The notes below the pieces were generated by a model. It did no database searches. It was not told where the DNA came from and worked only from the letters and a program-made list of their open reading frames with translations. A DNA stretch of 59,352 bases. Origin: a phage. Location of the stretch: the sequence record PZ564402.1; one strand, written 5' to 3'. The translations under genes were made by a program, and so were the position numbers. This document shows, one piece after another, positions 38,244 through 47,735 of the stretch. Each line of letters starts with the position of its first letter. The stretch's first letter is position 1.

Positions 38244-39206
38244 ATGCTGAAATTTATGGACGGTTTTGACCAGCTACGCGGCTGGTCTGACGTTACTGAT
38301 GGGCTGACCAAATGCGGGTACACCGTGTCTGGCACGCCCACACTGGAGGAAGGGCGTGTGGCTACGCAGATGGCGGTATCGCTGCCGGACACGGCCAGCC
38401 TGAAACGCGTGTTCACCTCCGGGGCCACGAAGGTCGTGTTTGGCTTTGCCTTCCGCGCTATCGGGAAACGCCACACCCTCGTCACCATCAAAGATGTTGC
38501 GACGGTTACGTGGGACGAGACTAACGGGAAGATCACGGCCGCTGGCGGTACCGGAACAGCGGTGCTGCTGCTGGACTTGTGGTACTACATCGAAGTGGTT
38601 CTGGACAAGACTACCAGCACGATCGAGGTGTACGTGAACAACGGGCCGGACATCACCGCGCCATCGCCGTCGAGCGCTAACCCGGTCACTAACTATGAAG
38701 TCACATGGGCGGGCGTTGCCACGGCGCAGTACCTTCTCGACGACATCCAGTTCATCGACAACCAGCCGGGTAAGTATACCGGGCGCATCGGGCCTATCCA
38801 GATCACCAGCCGCTTGCCGATGGTGGACGTGGACAAAGAATGGTCGCCGTCATCCGGCAATGATCACTACCCGCTCGTCTACAATCAGCCGCCCGTCGAA
38901 GGGTCGTACATCCAGTCGAACACGTCCGGCGCGACCGACACGTTTCTATCAAACACCGTCATCCCTGATACGCAAAACATTCTGGCCGTCGGCATGACCG
39001 TGCTGAACAAAAAGTCAGACGTGGACAACCGTCAGTTAGGCATGGTCATCGGCCAAAAAGGCGACACGCAAAAAGAAGTTATCGACGCGGCGCTATCCAC
39101 GACTGAAAAGTATAGTTATGCTGTGTTCGAGACGAACGCGGCCGGGCAAGACTGGAATGACGAACGACTCAGCGAAGCGCCGTTCGGCGTCATCGTAAGA
39201 CCATAA
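38244..39206 (+). CDS. tail-associated paralog 2 (320 aa)
   Basis: MLKFMDGFDQ and LWYYIEVVLDKTTSTIEVYVNN shared motifs. Confidence 0.6.
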   Translation: MLKFMDGFDQLRGWSDVTDGLTKCGYTVSGTPTLEEGRVATQMAVSLPDTASLKRVFTSGATKVVFGFAFRAIGKRHTLVTIKDVATVTWDETNGKITAAGGTGTAVLLLDLWYYIEVVLDKTTSTIEVYVNNGPDITAPSPSSANPVTNYEVTWAGVATAQYLLDDIQFIDNQPGKYTGRIGPIQITSRLPMVDVDKEWSPSSGNDHYPLVYNQPPVEGSYIQSNTSGATDTFLSNTVIPDTQNILAVGMTVLNKKSDVDNRQLGMVIGQKGDTQKEVIDAALSTTEKYSYAVFETNAAGQDWNDERLSEAPFGVIVRP

Positions 39207-39219
39207 GGAGCATACCGAA

Positions 39220-40239
39220 ATGTTTAAATTCTGTGACGGGTACGACCACTATGCCGAAATCGGCGCGAAGGGTACGGCCCTACAAAGTTATCTGGAAGCC
39301 GCCGGGTACGTGGTGCGTAATGCCAGCGATTCCACGTTTTCCGTTGTCGAGGGCCGCCGGACAGGTGCGCGTGCGCTGAAATTCACCGTGGCCGCCAGTT
39401 CATCTGTCAACGCCTCACTGTCATGGGGATTCACCACGACGGCCTCGTCAGTCGTCTTCGGATTTGCCATGAAAGCCGGGCTGTCCCGTATGCGTATCGC
39501 GCGCATCGAGAACATCGTGGACATCGAGTGGGACACCACGACCGGGAAAATCCGCGTAGGCGAGCAGTTAGGCGTCAACCCGCTGATCCTGAACGCATGG
39601 TATTACTTTGAAATCGAGATCGATAAGACGGCCAATACCGTCAAGATCTACGCGAATAACGAATTGCAGTTAACCGTTACGCCATCGAGTGCGCCGACCA
39701 CCACGTACACAATCGTTTGGGGGCAGACGGGTACCGCGCCGAATGCGGGCGAACAGACACTGGACGATTTCTACGTTATCGATGGTTCTGGTAGCCGCAA
39801 CAACGCGCGCCTGACTCCGGTCGAAGTGACCAGTCGTATGCCAACGGCCGACGTTTCTACGCAGTGGGAAGTCGTGAACGCCTCATCTGCCACGCCGCAC
39901 TATCAGATCGTGTCACAGCTTTCCCCGGGCGGCGAGTCGAAGCCATACCTGCAATCGAACACCGCAGGAGCGACCGATATGTACCGTTCGAACGTGACGC
40001 TGCCGAACAATAACCAGATCTTCGCCGTATCTGTTATCGCGTACGCCCGTAAAGGCGACCTTGATGACCGTAAACTCGGTCTGGTAGTCAACACGGAAGG
40101 CGGAACGCCGACTGAAATTCAGGTGCCGCTGACCGAGTCGTACAAGTATTATCAGGCATCGTTCGAGCAAGCGCCGGGCGGAAGTGACTGGAACCAGAAC
40201 AACGTCGAATCTTTGCAATTCGGCATCATCACTCGATAA
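39220..40239 (+). CDS. tail-associated paralog 3 (339 aa)
   Basis: MFKFCDGYDH and AWYYFEIEIDKTANTVKIYANN shared motifs. Confidence 0.6.
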   Translation: MFKFCDGYDHYAEIGAKGTALQSYLEAAGYVVRNASDSTFSVVEGRRTGARALKFTVAASSSVNASLSWGFTTTASSVVFGFAMKAGLSRMRIARIENIVDIEWDTTTGKIRVGEQLGVNPLILNAWYYFEIEIDKTANTVKIYANNELQLTVTPSSAPTTTYTIVWGQTGTAPNAGEQTLDDFYVIDGSGSRNNARLTPVEVTSRMPTADVSTQWEVVNASSATPHYQIVSQLSPGGESKPYLQSNTAGATDMYRSNVTLPNNNQIFAVSVIAYARKGDLDDRKLGLVVNTEGGTPTEIQVPLTESYKYYQASFEQAPGGSDWNQNNVESLQFGIITR

Positions 40240-40253
40240 GGGAGGGATTCACT

Positions 40254-41480
40254 ATGCCTGTAGTTTGGCACTGCGGTTTTAATGGGATCATCAATAACAC
40301 GATGAGTCAGGGTCAGTCGAACCTGTTTATCAACACAAACGATACCGTGGCGGGGGGCCATGCCCTCTCCAGCGACAATTTAATCAACAACGTCTTCGGG
40401 CGCGGCAACGGCCTCCAAAATGGCGGCTTTCTCCCTCTGATCACTTACTACGGATGTAAATGGACGACAAACGGGGCGTACGGGTCGTCTTATGTTTTTG
40501 GTCGTGTTAAGCCGTCTTTCTTTGATAACTCCGTGCCATGCCTAAGCACCGAGCTATACCAACCTGCTACCACTTCCGACTGGTGGGTGGGATGGCAGTT
40601 CCGTATCGATTTGTGCTGGCCTTCGGCGGAACGCCTGACGACGTCGTGGCGCATGGGCTTCCGTATTGGCCGAGCAACACACCCCACACGCGATATTGGT
40701 TATCAAGTCTATATCTGCCCGGCAGGTATTAACGGTGCAGAAGGCCGAGACTTATATCGTATCCCGATCACTGCGGGTCAGGACGAGAAGTATATGGAGG
40801 TGGAATGGTTGGCGGATACCAAGACCCTTAACATCTATCTGAACGACGAACTTGTCTCGACCCGCACCAACTACACCGCCTACGATATGTCGTACGGCCT
40901 TATTTTGGTGTGCGAACATTTCGTTGGCTCTACCACTAGCTCCACACCGTTCTTCGGTTTTGAACTGCGGGACATGTATGTCCAGAAAATTGTTTCAGAT
41001 GCAGATCAACGCCTCGGGTCTTCGACAAAAGTATATGCGTTCAATCCCGTTAATGACGATGTTGTACAGTTCTCTCGGCCAGACGCATATTCGTCAAACG
41101 CCGCCGTCGCGGTAACGCCGATCTCTTCCGGGGGTATCACCCCGACGCCGTCGCAATCTACTGCAATTCTCGGGGCGGACGTGGTCGGACAGCAAGACCT
41201 GTATAACATTGACATTTCCAAAGTCAGCACACGTCTGGCGTCGATTGAAGCGGTTAACGTCCGGACGATGGCCCGAAATCCGTTGCTTGGAAATAGACAA
41301 TCTGCCGCGATCGCCAAGTCCGGGGCCGCTCAAACCCAAAGCGAGAACACATCGACGCTCGAACAAGGCGGCCTGTGGCGTTTCAACACGTTGCAGATGG
41401 TGTCTGACCCGGCGGATGGCTCGCGCTGGAACCTTACAAAACTGGCCGGGCTTAAAGTCGGTACCAAATTCGTCGCGTAA
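40254..41480 (+). CDS. tail-associated paralog 4, divergent (408 aa)
   Basis: YMEVEWLADTKTLNIYLNDE resembles shared beta-strand motif; same orientation and spacing. Confidence 0.5.
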   Translation: MPVVWHCGFNGIINNTMSQGQSNLFINTNDTVAGGHALSSDNLINNVFGRGNGLQNGGFLPLITYYGCKWTTNGAYGSSYVFGRVKPSFFDNSVPCLSTELYQPATTSDWWVGWQFRIDLCWPSAERLTTSWRMGFRIGRATHPTRDIGYQVYICPAGINGAEGRDLYRIPITAGQDEKYMEVEWLADTKTLNIYLNDELVSTRTNYTAYDMSYGLILVCEHFVGSTTSSTPFFGFELRDMYVQKIVSDADQRLGSSTKVYAFNPVNDDVVQFSRPDAYSSNAAVAVTPISSGGITPTPSQSTAILGADVVGQQDLYNIDISKVSTRLASIEAVNVRTMARNPLLGNRQSAAIAKSGAAQTQSENTSTLEQGGLWRFNTLQMVSDPADGSRWNLTKLAGLKVGTKFVA

Positions 41481-41489
41481 GGGGGCCAT

Positions 41490-43619
41490 GTGGCGGATGA
41501 AGACGTAGGTATCAGCGCGGCCAAACTGGTCGGCGAAGCCTTGCAGTGGAATGGCGAGAAGCCCAAACTCACATACCTGTCTAAGTGTGTGGGTGAAGCG
41601 TTAGCCATTTCCGCATTGAACATGGACGCGGCGAAAAACTTCGGGGAGGTTTTGCAGTGGGACGGTAAATTGCCGTCCATCTTCCGCGCGGCCGAATTGG
41701 TCGGCGAAGTGCTGGCGATTCAGAAGATGGAGATCCGCGCATCGTCAATGATTTGCGAAGCGCTGGTCAAAGAGCCGCAATTTATGGCGGCCGAAATGAT
41801 CTGCGAGGCTATCGGTCAGGCGGCCACGGAACGGCCACCGCTTTACGCAGATGCGGTTTATCAGTACGTCACGCAGCACGATGTCGTACCGCCGTTGTCA
41901 GATGTCATTTCGACGGAACGCCTGTACTCGCTGTGGAATTACGCCATTGTCCAGCGGCCGATCGATGCCCCGATTTCCTACAACATCGTGAAGCAGGCGG
42001 TGACGCTGTCCGTTCTGGCGTCGCCTATCGTGACTATTTCGTACGACAAGGTGAAGACCGCGTGGTCGTATGCCGTGGTGTCCGCGACGCTCGGTGACTT
42101 CCCGCTGCCGGATGAAATGTGGTCGAAGATCAGCACGAAACAGGCGTGGAATCTGGTATTGCAGTCGATCGACATCCCGTACGTCCCGACGTCTGGTGTG
42201 TTCGTTCGCCATGAATCGACGCTGGTGGTTCAGGCCCGTCCGCTGCCGATGTACACGACGCCTGCGTCCGTGAAGTCGAACGTAGTTCTGGCCGCGCAGA
42301 AGCGCCCGGTTGAACGACTCCCGCGCTCAAGGACTCGCGTGGCGCAGGCATTATCGCAGGCCGTTACCGCGTTGCCGATCCCGATGCCCCGGTCAAACGT
42401 GTTCGCCGCGCAGACGCTGTCACAGGCGGTCATCCCGGCGGACTTCGTTGACCCGACTGTCGGCGTCGAGCACGCGGCCGCAGTGACGTCGTACGCTGTT
42501 TGCGAGTATCAGGTGTCGCTTCCTATCAGTTACACTCGTGCGAAGTCCCTGACGCCGCTGGTGCTGCAATTTAGCGATAACCAACGAGCCATCCCGCTGT
42601 CCACGATGCGCACCAAACATGTTTCGTCTCAGTTCTTGGTCAAGTCTGACTTGCTCCCGGTGCTGTCTCGGACGCGCGTTAAACAGGTGCGCACGTACGC
42701 GGTGCAGGAGTCGGCCTACACGCCGCCGATTAACCTGCTGGTGTGGTCACGCGCCGATGCCGTTCGTACGTCGGTGGTGCAGCAGGCCACGGACTACCCT
42801 GACCCGGGCATCCCTACAACGTCGGCTATCGTCGGCGCGGCCACGGCGTATCACGTCATGAAAGCGCTGGACTACGAAGACCCGAACGACATGTGGGAAG
42901 CGAGCAAGGTTCAGATGGTGCCGCAGTTCTTAGAGAAGGTGCTGAAAGCCCAACCGCTGCGGCTCCCGATCTCGTACGCACCGTTGGCGCAATTCGTTGA
43001 ACTGGTCACGCGGTATCAGTACATGCCGCCGCCGGGCGAAGTGGCCGAGTCCGGTATCCACGTTCGTCAGGTGATGCAGCCAGTGGCGTTCCGTGCGACC
43101 TATCCTGACCCGACTGTCCCGGCGTCCTTCCTGACTGTCAATCAGGTGCTGGAGCACATCGCGATCCCGGCCGACTATCCGGATGTCCATCTGCCGACGT
43201 CGGACGCGATTGTAAATCAGGTATTAGAACACGTTGCGCAGATTGACGATTTCCCTGATCCCGGTACCATGTTCCGGCCGCTTATTGTCAGCCAGATCAT
43301 CCAGCAGGCGGCACAGGACGCGTCTTACCCGGATTGGAGCACACTGCATAAACCCATCGCGGTGCAGCAGGTGATTCAGCATGTATCAATGACAGCGGAG
43401 TACCCTGACAAGGACATCCCGCAATCATTTGCAGAAGTGTCTCAAGTTTTACAACACTATGCCGATATAGCTAATTACCCAGACAAAGATGCTCCCCAAT
43501 CCACGCTACGAGTCCGTCAGGTACTTGAGCAGGTAATGATGCGCGACAAGTCGATGTACGAAATGCCGCAGCCACCACGGAAACATCGGGTGCAAATCAC
43601 TTGCCGCTTTGTGTACTGA
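41490..43619 (+). CDS. highly repetitive fibre-like protein (GTG start, 709 aa)
   Basis: AAGGGGG RBS; about 25-30 degenerate 22-24-aa repeats (e.g. YPDxxxPxSxxxVxQVLxH); last structural gene before lysis cassette. Confidence 0.6.
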   Translation: MADEDVGISAAKLVGEALQWNGEKPKLTYLSKCVGEALAISALNMDAAKNFGEVLQWDGKLPSIFRAAELVGEVLAIQKMEIRASSMICEALVKEPQFMAAEMICEAIGQAATERPPLYADAVYQYVTQHDVVPPLSDVISTERLYSLWNYAIVQRPIDAPISYNIVKQAVTLSVLASPIVTISYDKVKTAWSYAVVSATLGDFPLPDEMWSKISTKQAWNLVLQSIDIPYVPTSGVFVRHESTLVVQARPLPMYTTPASVKSNVVLAAQKRPVERLPRSRTRVAQALSQAVTALPIPMPRSNVFAAQTLSQAVIPADFVDPTVGVEHAAAVTSYAVCEYQVSLPISYTRAKSLTPLVLQFSDNQRAIPLSTMRTKHVSSQFLVKSDLLPVLSRTRVKQVRTYAVQESAYTPPINLLVWSRADAVRTSVVQQATDYPDPGIPTTSAIVGAATAYHVMKALDYEDPNDMWEASKVQMVPQFLEKVLKAQPLRLPISYAPLAQFVELVTRYQYMPPPGEVAESGIHVRQVMQPVAFRATYPDPTVPASFLTVNQVLEHIAIPADYPDVHLPTSDAIVNQVLEHVAQIDDFPDPGTMFRPLIVSQIIQQAAQDASYPDWSTLHKPIAVQQVIQHVSMTAEYPDKDIPQSFAEVSQVLQHYADIANYPDKDAPQSTLRVRQVLEQVMMRDKSMYEMPQPPRKHRVQITCRFVY

Positions 43620-43640
43620 TTAATGACGGGTTAATATTCT

Positions 43641-43668
43641 TAGCGGGCTTGTCCCGCTAATTTTTTAT
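43641..43668 (+). terminator. rho-independent terminator (TAGCGGG-CTTGT-CCCGCTA + T6)
   Basis: Perfect 7-bp stem and T-tract after fibre-like gene. Confidence 0.65.
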
Positions 43669-43683
43669 GTGAGGAAGCACCCA

Positions 43684-44022
43684 ATGAGCGAAATGGAACG
43701 GGAACGGCCGGGGGATAACTCCGGCGGCATCAAGTTAGACCTGTCTGTCAATCTCCCCACGATTCTGACGATGGCTTCGATGCTGGTGGCGGCGGTACTG
43801 TACGTCAACAACCGCTTCGCCGACCTGTCAAATCAGAACACGCAGACGGACACCCGGCTGACCAACGTCGAGAAACGTCAGGACTCCACTGACGCGGCGT
43901 TCACGGTTCTCCGGGCCGAAACCGTCTCGCAAAACTCCGCCCTTCGTTCAGACCTTCGCGCCGACATGCGCGACCTGAAACAAAGCGTGGATGCCCTATC
44001 TTCCCAAATGATGAGGAAATAA
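43684..44022 (+). CDS. putative holin (single TMD)
   Basis: GAGGAAG RBS; one hydrophobic helix LPTILTMASMLVAAVLYV; immediately upstream of endolysin. Confidence 0.5.
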   Translation: MSEMERERPGDNSGGIKLDLSVNLPTILTMASMLVAAVLYVNNRFADLSNQNTQTDTRLTNVEKRQDSTDAAFTVLRAETVSQNSALRSDLRADMRDLKQSVDALSSQMMRK

Positions 44023-44025
44023 CCG

Positions 44026-44739
44026 ATGGCTAAACAGAAGCCGCGTGGGATTCGCAATAACAACCCCGGCAACATCGAATGGGGGTCGCCGTGGCAAGGG
44101 CTGATCCCGCGTAGCGAGGCGACGGACAGCCGCTTCGCACAGTTCAAAGACCCGGCATCTGGCATCCGCGCCATTGCCGTCACCCTGACCACCTACTACG
44201 ACAAGCGCAAAGCGAACGACGGCAGCAAAATCGACTCGGTGCGCGAAGTGATCGAGCGGTGGGCACCTGCCGTCGAGAACAACGTATCCGCCTACGCTAA
44301 ACAGGTGGCCGCCGTTCTGGCCGTTGACCCGAATAGCGAAACGCTGAACCTCCACGACTACGACACCATGCGCGGTCTGGTGGAAGGCATCATCCGCCAC
44401 GAAAACGGGAACCCGGAAGCGTTCGGCCTGACGCCGTACAGCAACGCGAATACGTGGTACTCGGACGAAGTGATCGAGGAAGGTCTGCGCCGGGCGGGTA
44501 TCGTTAAGGCGGCCAAGCCTGTTAACCGTACCACCGTGGCCGCGACAAGCGTGGCAGGACTCGGCGCGGCGCAACTGGTTGACATGGTACAGCCCGTCAA
44601 GGCTGCGATGGACAGCGCCCACGGCGATATTTCTTCCGGTGATTGGGTACGCATCGCATTCGGCGCGGCCACAATCGCGATTGGCCTGTACATGGGATGG
44701 GTCGCGTACCGGAAGCATCGGGCCGGGGCGGCTGCATGA
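44026..44739 (+). CDS. endolysin with C-terminal transmembrane anchor
   Basis: N-terminal IRNNNPGNIEW motif typical of peptidoglycan hydrolases; C-terminal hydrophobic helix VRIAFGAATIAIGLYMGWVAY; resembles the unusual Chi-like (Enc34-type) endolysin architecture as I recall it. Confidence 0.6.
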   Translation: MAKQKPRGIRNNNPGNIEWGSPWQGLIPRSEATDSRFAQFKDPASGIRAIAVTLTTYYDKRKANDGSKIDSVREVIERWAPAVENNVSAYAKQVAAVLAVDPNSETLNLHDYDTMRGLVEGIIRHENGNPEAFGLTPYSNANTWYSDEVIEEGLRRAGIVKAAKPVNRTTVAATSVAGLGAAQLVDMVQPVKAAMDSAHGDISSGDWVRIAFGAATIAIGLYMGWVAYRKHRAGAAA

Positions 44740-44990
44740 CAGGGCTATTCGCCCGGATCAAGACGGGCGTCCTTGCGGCGCTCGTTTTCGTTGTAGCCCT
44801 CTTCGGCGTCTGGCGGGCAGGACGCGCGAAGGGCAAACAGGATCAGATTAATAACCAGAACTACGACACGTTGCGGGAACAGGCAAACGCGGATAAAAAT
44901 GTGGCCGAGGTGCATAATGAAATCAATAAACTCCCTGCTGGTGGCGCTAACGATCTGCTTCGCCGTAAGTGGATGCGTCGAAAGGATTAA
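44736..44990 (+). CDS. i-spanin (Rz-like), N-terminal TMD
   Basis: ATGA overlap with endolysin stop; TMD GVLAALVFVVALFGVW then charged periplasmic domain. Confidence 0.5.
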   Translation: MTGLFARIKTGVLAALVFVVALFGVWRAGRAKGKQDQINNQNYDTLREQANADKNVAEVHNEINKLPAGGANDLLRRKWMRRKD

Positions 44991-45120
44991 CCCTGCGCCG
45001 TCTTTCTGTTCTGTCGCGCGCGCCATCTACATCGGCGAGGAAGACGTGCTGACAGATGAAACCGCACGGCAGATCGCCACCCACGATGAAATCGGCGAAC
45101 GGCTATGCGGCTGGAAATAG
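44917..45120 (+). CDS. o-spanin (Rz1-like) lipoprotein, overlapping i-spanin in a different frame
   Basis: Lipoprotein signal MKSINSLLVALTICFAVSGC with lipobox-like AVSGC; starts inside the i-spanin gene. Confidence 0.55.
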   Translation: MKSINSLLVALTICFAVSGCVERINPAPSFCSVARAIYIGEEDVLTDETARQIATHDEIGERLCGWK

Positions 45121-45582
45121 TTAAATGGTCGGGTGGGTAATAACCACCGTACGTTCACCCTCGATTGTCTGGTGGTACCGCAGCGAGGACACCAGATGAT
45201 CGAGGCTATTGAAGACCGGGATATTCAGCCTCTTCGCCTCTTCCACCTCCGCGCGGGTACCTGAACTACGCATCGCATCTTCACCAATCAGCAGAACAGC
45301 GTCACAGCGGCGCATCAATTCCATCGTGCATTCCAGCCAGTATTCGTCCGGGGTCTCGCCTTCGGTCTTGTGCTCGAAGTTGGCCGTGTTCAGGTGCGGC
45401 GTGACCGGGAACATCTTATGGACGTAGAGTTGATCGACAACCGACACGGCCGTCTCTTCGGCTTTCAGGATGTTGACCGTCGTCGGAACGGTGCAGCCCG
45501 AACCGATGATGTACGGGCGGTACGGCCCGGCCAGATAGATCATGACGGGCTTGGCCGCCGGGTTACACATATTCACGTTCAT
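45121..45582 (-). CDS. nucleoside 2-deoxyribosyltransferase-superfamily protein (Ndt/Rcl-like)
   Basis: N-terminal IYLAGPY motif characteristic of this fold; last gene of leftward early operon. Confidence 0.45.
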   Translation of the reverse strand: MNVNMCNPAAKPVMIYLAGPYRPYIIGSGCTVPTTVNILKAEETAVSVVDQLYVHKMFPVTPHLNTANFEHKTEGETPDEYWLECTMELMRRCDAVLLIGEDAMRSSGTRAEVEEAKRLNIPVFNSLDHLVSSLRYHQTIEGERTVVITHPTI

Positions 45583-45863
45583 ATTAAGCCTCGGTTATAT
45601 TCGTCCACGTATTTTTCATTTTCAGGAGATCGGTCTACCTGATTAATCTCGCTGAACTCGCAGGAAATAATATCCCCGCTAGGCAGGCGCACCCGCCAAA
45701 AAATATCCTCTTCACGCGGCCCGGTGCGTTCCCATTCGAGCACGGTTCCGTAGTATTTATGCCCGTTGAATCGGTCAGTGAAATGCACGGAGTCGCCTTT
45801 AATCGGCCAGCCCGGTTTTATCTTGGCACGGTATTTCCGTTTTATAGCCTCAACGTCGATCAT
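45579..45863 (-). CDS. hypothetical early protein (94 aa)
   Basis: ORF coupled to neighbours on minus strand. Confidence 0.45.
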   Translation of the reverse strand: MIDVEAIKRKYRAKIKPGWPIKGDSVHFTDRFNGHKYYGTVLEWERTGPREEDIFWRVRLPSGDIISCEFSEINQVDRSPENEKYVDEYNRGLI

Positions 45864-45938
45864 ACTTCATCATCCTCCAAGTCTTCGTCAAAAAGGTCGG
45901 ACTGGCCGCCGGAAAAGCTGACGACAAGCGGCGCTTTG

Positions 45939-46652
45939 TTAGTTGGCATCGGTTGAGTCCTCGCATAATGGTATGAAGTCCTTCGGGCCGTCGCCTGAAC
46001 CGGGGAAGCGCCGGAAGACCATTTCGTCTTCGATGGTCAGTTTATCCTTGCTGTTCCCGCGACGATAGAAGTCGGCCATGCCGCTGCCGTACGTGCGGTC
46101 AATCCCGGCACCATACGGATCTTGCGGGCAAAGTTCCAGCGCCAGCACTTCTCGCCAGTCCGGCCGATCGATACGGCAGACCGTACGATAGTTGTTCGAC
46201 ACCCGGCAGTATCCCGAGGCAATCAGCGTTTCCACCAACCGGGCCTGTTCCTTGCCACGCATCGTTTTCGCGCGCTTGACGTCCTCTTTCCTTGCCCGGG
46301 CGAAATACTCCCGCGAGAATCGGCTACCGACGTTCTCCGCGAAGATGCGCAGGTCTTTGATGACCATGCCCCATTTCCGGCGGCTACCCTCGTCCACGTA
46401 GCGGATGGCTCCGGCGTAGCGAAGCAGCATGGCGTCGGTCAGGCGGGCATTCTTCGGGTCTTTGGCTTTCCACCAGCCGTACACTTCCACCATGCGGGCC
46501 ATCGCCTTGTCGCTATACCACAACTCGGCGTGGCTGGTGGGCGAGTATTCCGGGTAAGACTTTGCGCCGCCGTCAAACGCCCGGTAGCAGTACCAGATCC
46601 CGCCGCTGTACTGGAAGTGCGGTATCTTGTGAAGTTCTTTCATCGTAGCCAT
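45939..46652 (-). CDS. hypothetical early protein (start at internal ATG MATMKEL)
   Basis: GAGGA RBS before ATG 46652; ATGA-type overlap with upstream gene. Confidence 0.5.
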   Translation of the reverse strand: MATMKELHKIPHFQYSGGIWYCYRAFDGGAKSYPEYSPTSHAELWYSDKAMARMVEVYGWWKAKDPKNARLTDAMLLRYAGAIRYVDEGSRRKWGMVIKDLRIFAENVGSRFSREYFARARKEDVKRAKTMRGKEQARLVETLIASGYCRVSNNYRTVCRIDRPDWREVLALELCPQDPYGAGIDRTYGSGMADFYRRGNSKDKLTIEDEMVFRRFPGSGDGPKDFIPLCEDSTDAN

Positions 46653-46653
46653 G

Positions 46654-47106
46654 TCAGTCCTCGGCCAGTTCAGGGTTAATGGTAAACCGCAGTCCGTACT
46701 TAAAGTCGTTTTTGGACAGCAGGCTGATGATTTCATCCGAGTTTTCTATCTTGATGCCCTTCTCGGCGAGCGCTTCCCTCGGCGGGAGCCACGGATCGAT
46801 AGTCAACTGGCGGTATACCGGGGTCATGTGGATCGGCGACCCATCGCGAACACTGTACGGCAGCGGGTATGGTCGGCCAGAACGAGGGTGGATACGTCGC
46901 GGCCCGGGCGAACGGGTAATGCCGTAGAACGATGCCATAACGTCGGTCAGCCCTTTGCCGTACATCGAGCGCACCACCTCTTCGTCGCCTTTCAGCAGGC
47001 GTTTGACGATGTGCCGGACGAACGGGTACAGATCCCACTTCGCGCGTTGGCGGATGACCGAAGCCTGTCGGCGGGCCTCCTGCTGGAATAATGATCCGCG
47101 TTTCAT
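46654..47106 (-). CDS. hypothetical early protein (150 aa)
   Basis: Coupled ORF. Confidence 0.45.
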   Translation of the reverse strand: MKRGSLFQQEARRQASVIRQRAKWDLYPFVRHIVKRLLKGDEEVVRSMYGKGLTDVMASFYGITRSPGPRRIHPRSGRPYPLPYSVRDGSPIHMTPVYRQLTIDPWLPPREALAEKGIKIENSDEIISLLSKNDFKYGLRFTINPELAED

Positions 47107-47450
47107 TTTTTGTACTTATCCTCTTCGTTGAAATTACGGACAGGCACGCCGTCCCAAATGCGTACGATGCCCGGGTGCGCCTCGCGCCACGATCCAAGCA
47201 GGTGATCAGCCCACTCCTTCAAATCTTCGCTGTATGCGGACAGCAGTCGGTCTTCAATGGACTGGCGTTCCGCTGCGGACAGCGGCCCGACCTGATGGAT
47301 GATGTCAAACCAGATCTCGTCGTGGACACCGTTGACGGCCACCAGATAGCCCTTCGCTTCCAGTTCTGCGATGACGGCGTGGGTGCGGTCGGCTTTCATG
47401 CGCATGTAGTTCATGCTGCGGCCCTCCCCCATAAGATTTGCAGGGAGCAC
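47103..47450 (-). CDS. hypothetical early protein (115 aa)
   Basis: Coupled ORF. Confidence 0.45.
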   Translation of the reverse strand: MLPANLMGEGRSMNYMRMKADRTHAVIAELEAKGYLVAVNGVHDEIWFDIIHQVGPLSAAERQSIEDRLLSAYSEDLKEWADHLLGSWREAHPGIVRIWDGVPVRNFNEEDKYKK

Positions 47451-47692
47451 GGCGGCTCGTCCGGATCGGAGTAGATTTCGAACCCGGCGTCCTTAATCCA
47501 GCCGATCAGCATGGCTCGGGACTTATCGGACAGCGGATGGTCGTTGTGTAACAGCGCGACCGTAGTGGTGGTCAGCCCGGCCGATGCGGCCCGGCGGATA
47601 AGACGCTCTACCTCGTCACGTACTTCAATCGCTTCGGCGGTGTGGTGGTCGGTAGCAGCTTTATACATTTCATCGGCAGTGATAGTCAGCAT
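47411..47692 (-). CDS. hypothetical early protein (93 aa)
   Basis: First ORF downstream of promoter 47736-47765. Confidence 0.45.
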   Translation of the reverse strand: MLTITADEMYKAATDHHTAEAIEVRDEVERLIRRAASAGLTTTTVALLHNDHPLSDKSRAMLIGWIKDAGFEIYSDPDEPPCSLQILWGRAAA

Positions 47693-47735
47693 GTTGCCCC
47701 CTAAAGTAAAAATCCCCGTTGTTGCCTTCGGGGAT

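Noticed and set aside
43996-44718. 240-aa minus-strand ORF overlapping the endolysin gene
   Set aside because: Antisense to a gene with a recognisable hydrolase motif and coupled lysis-cassette context; no independent signal.
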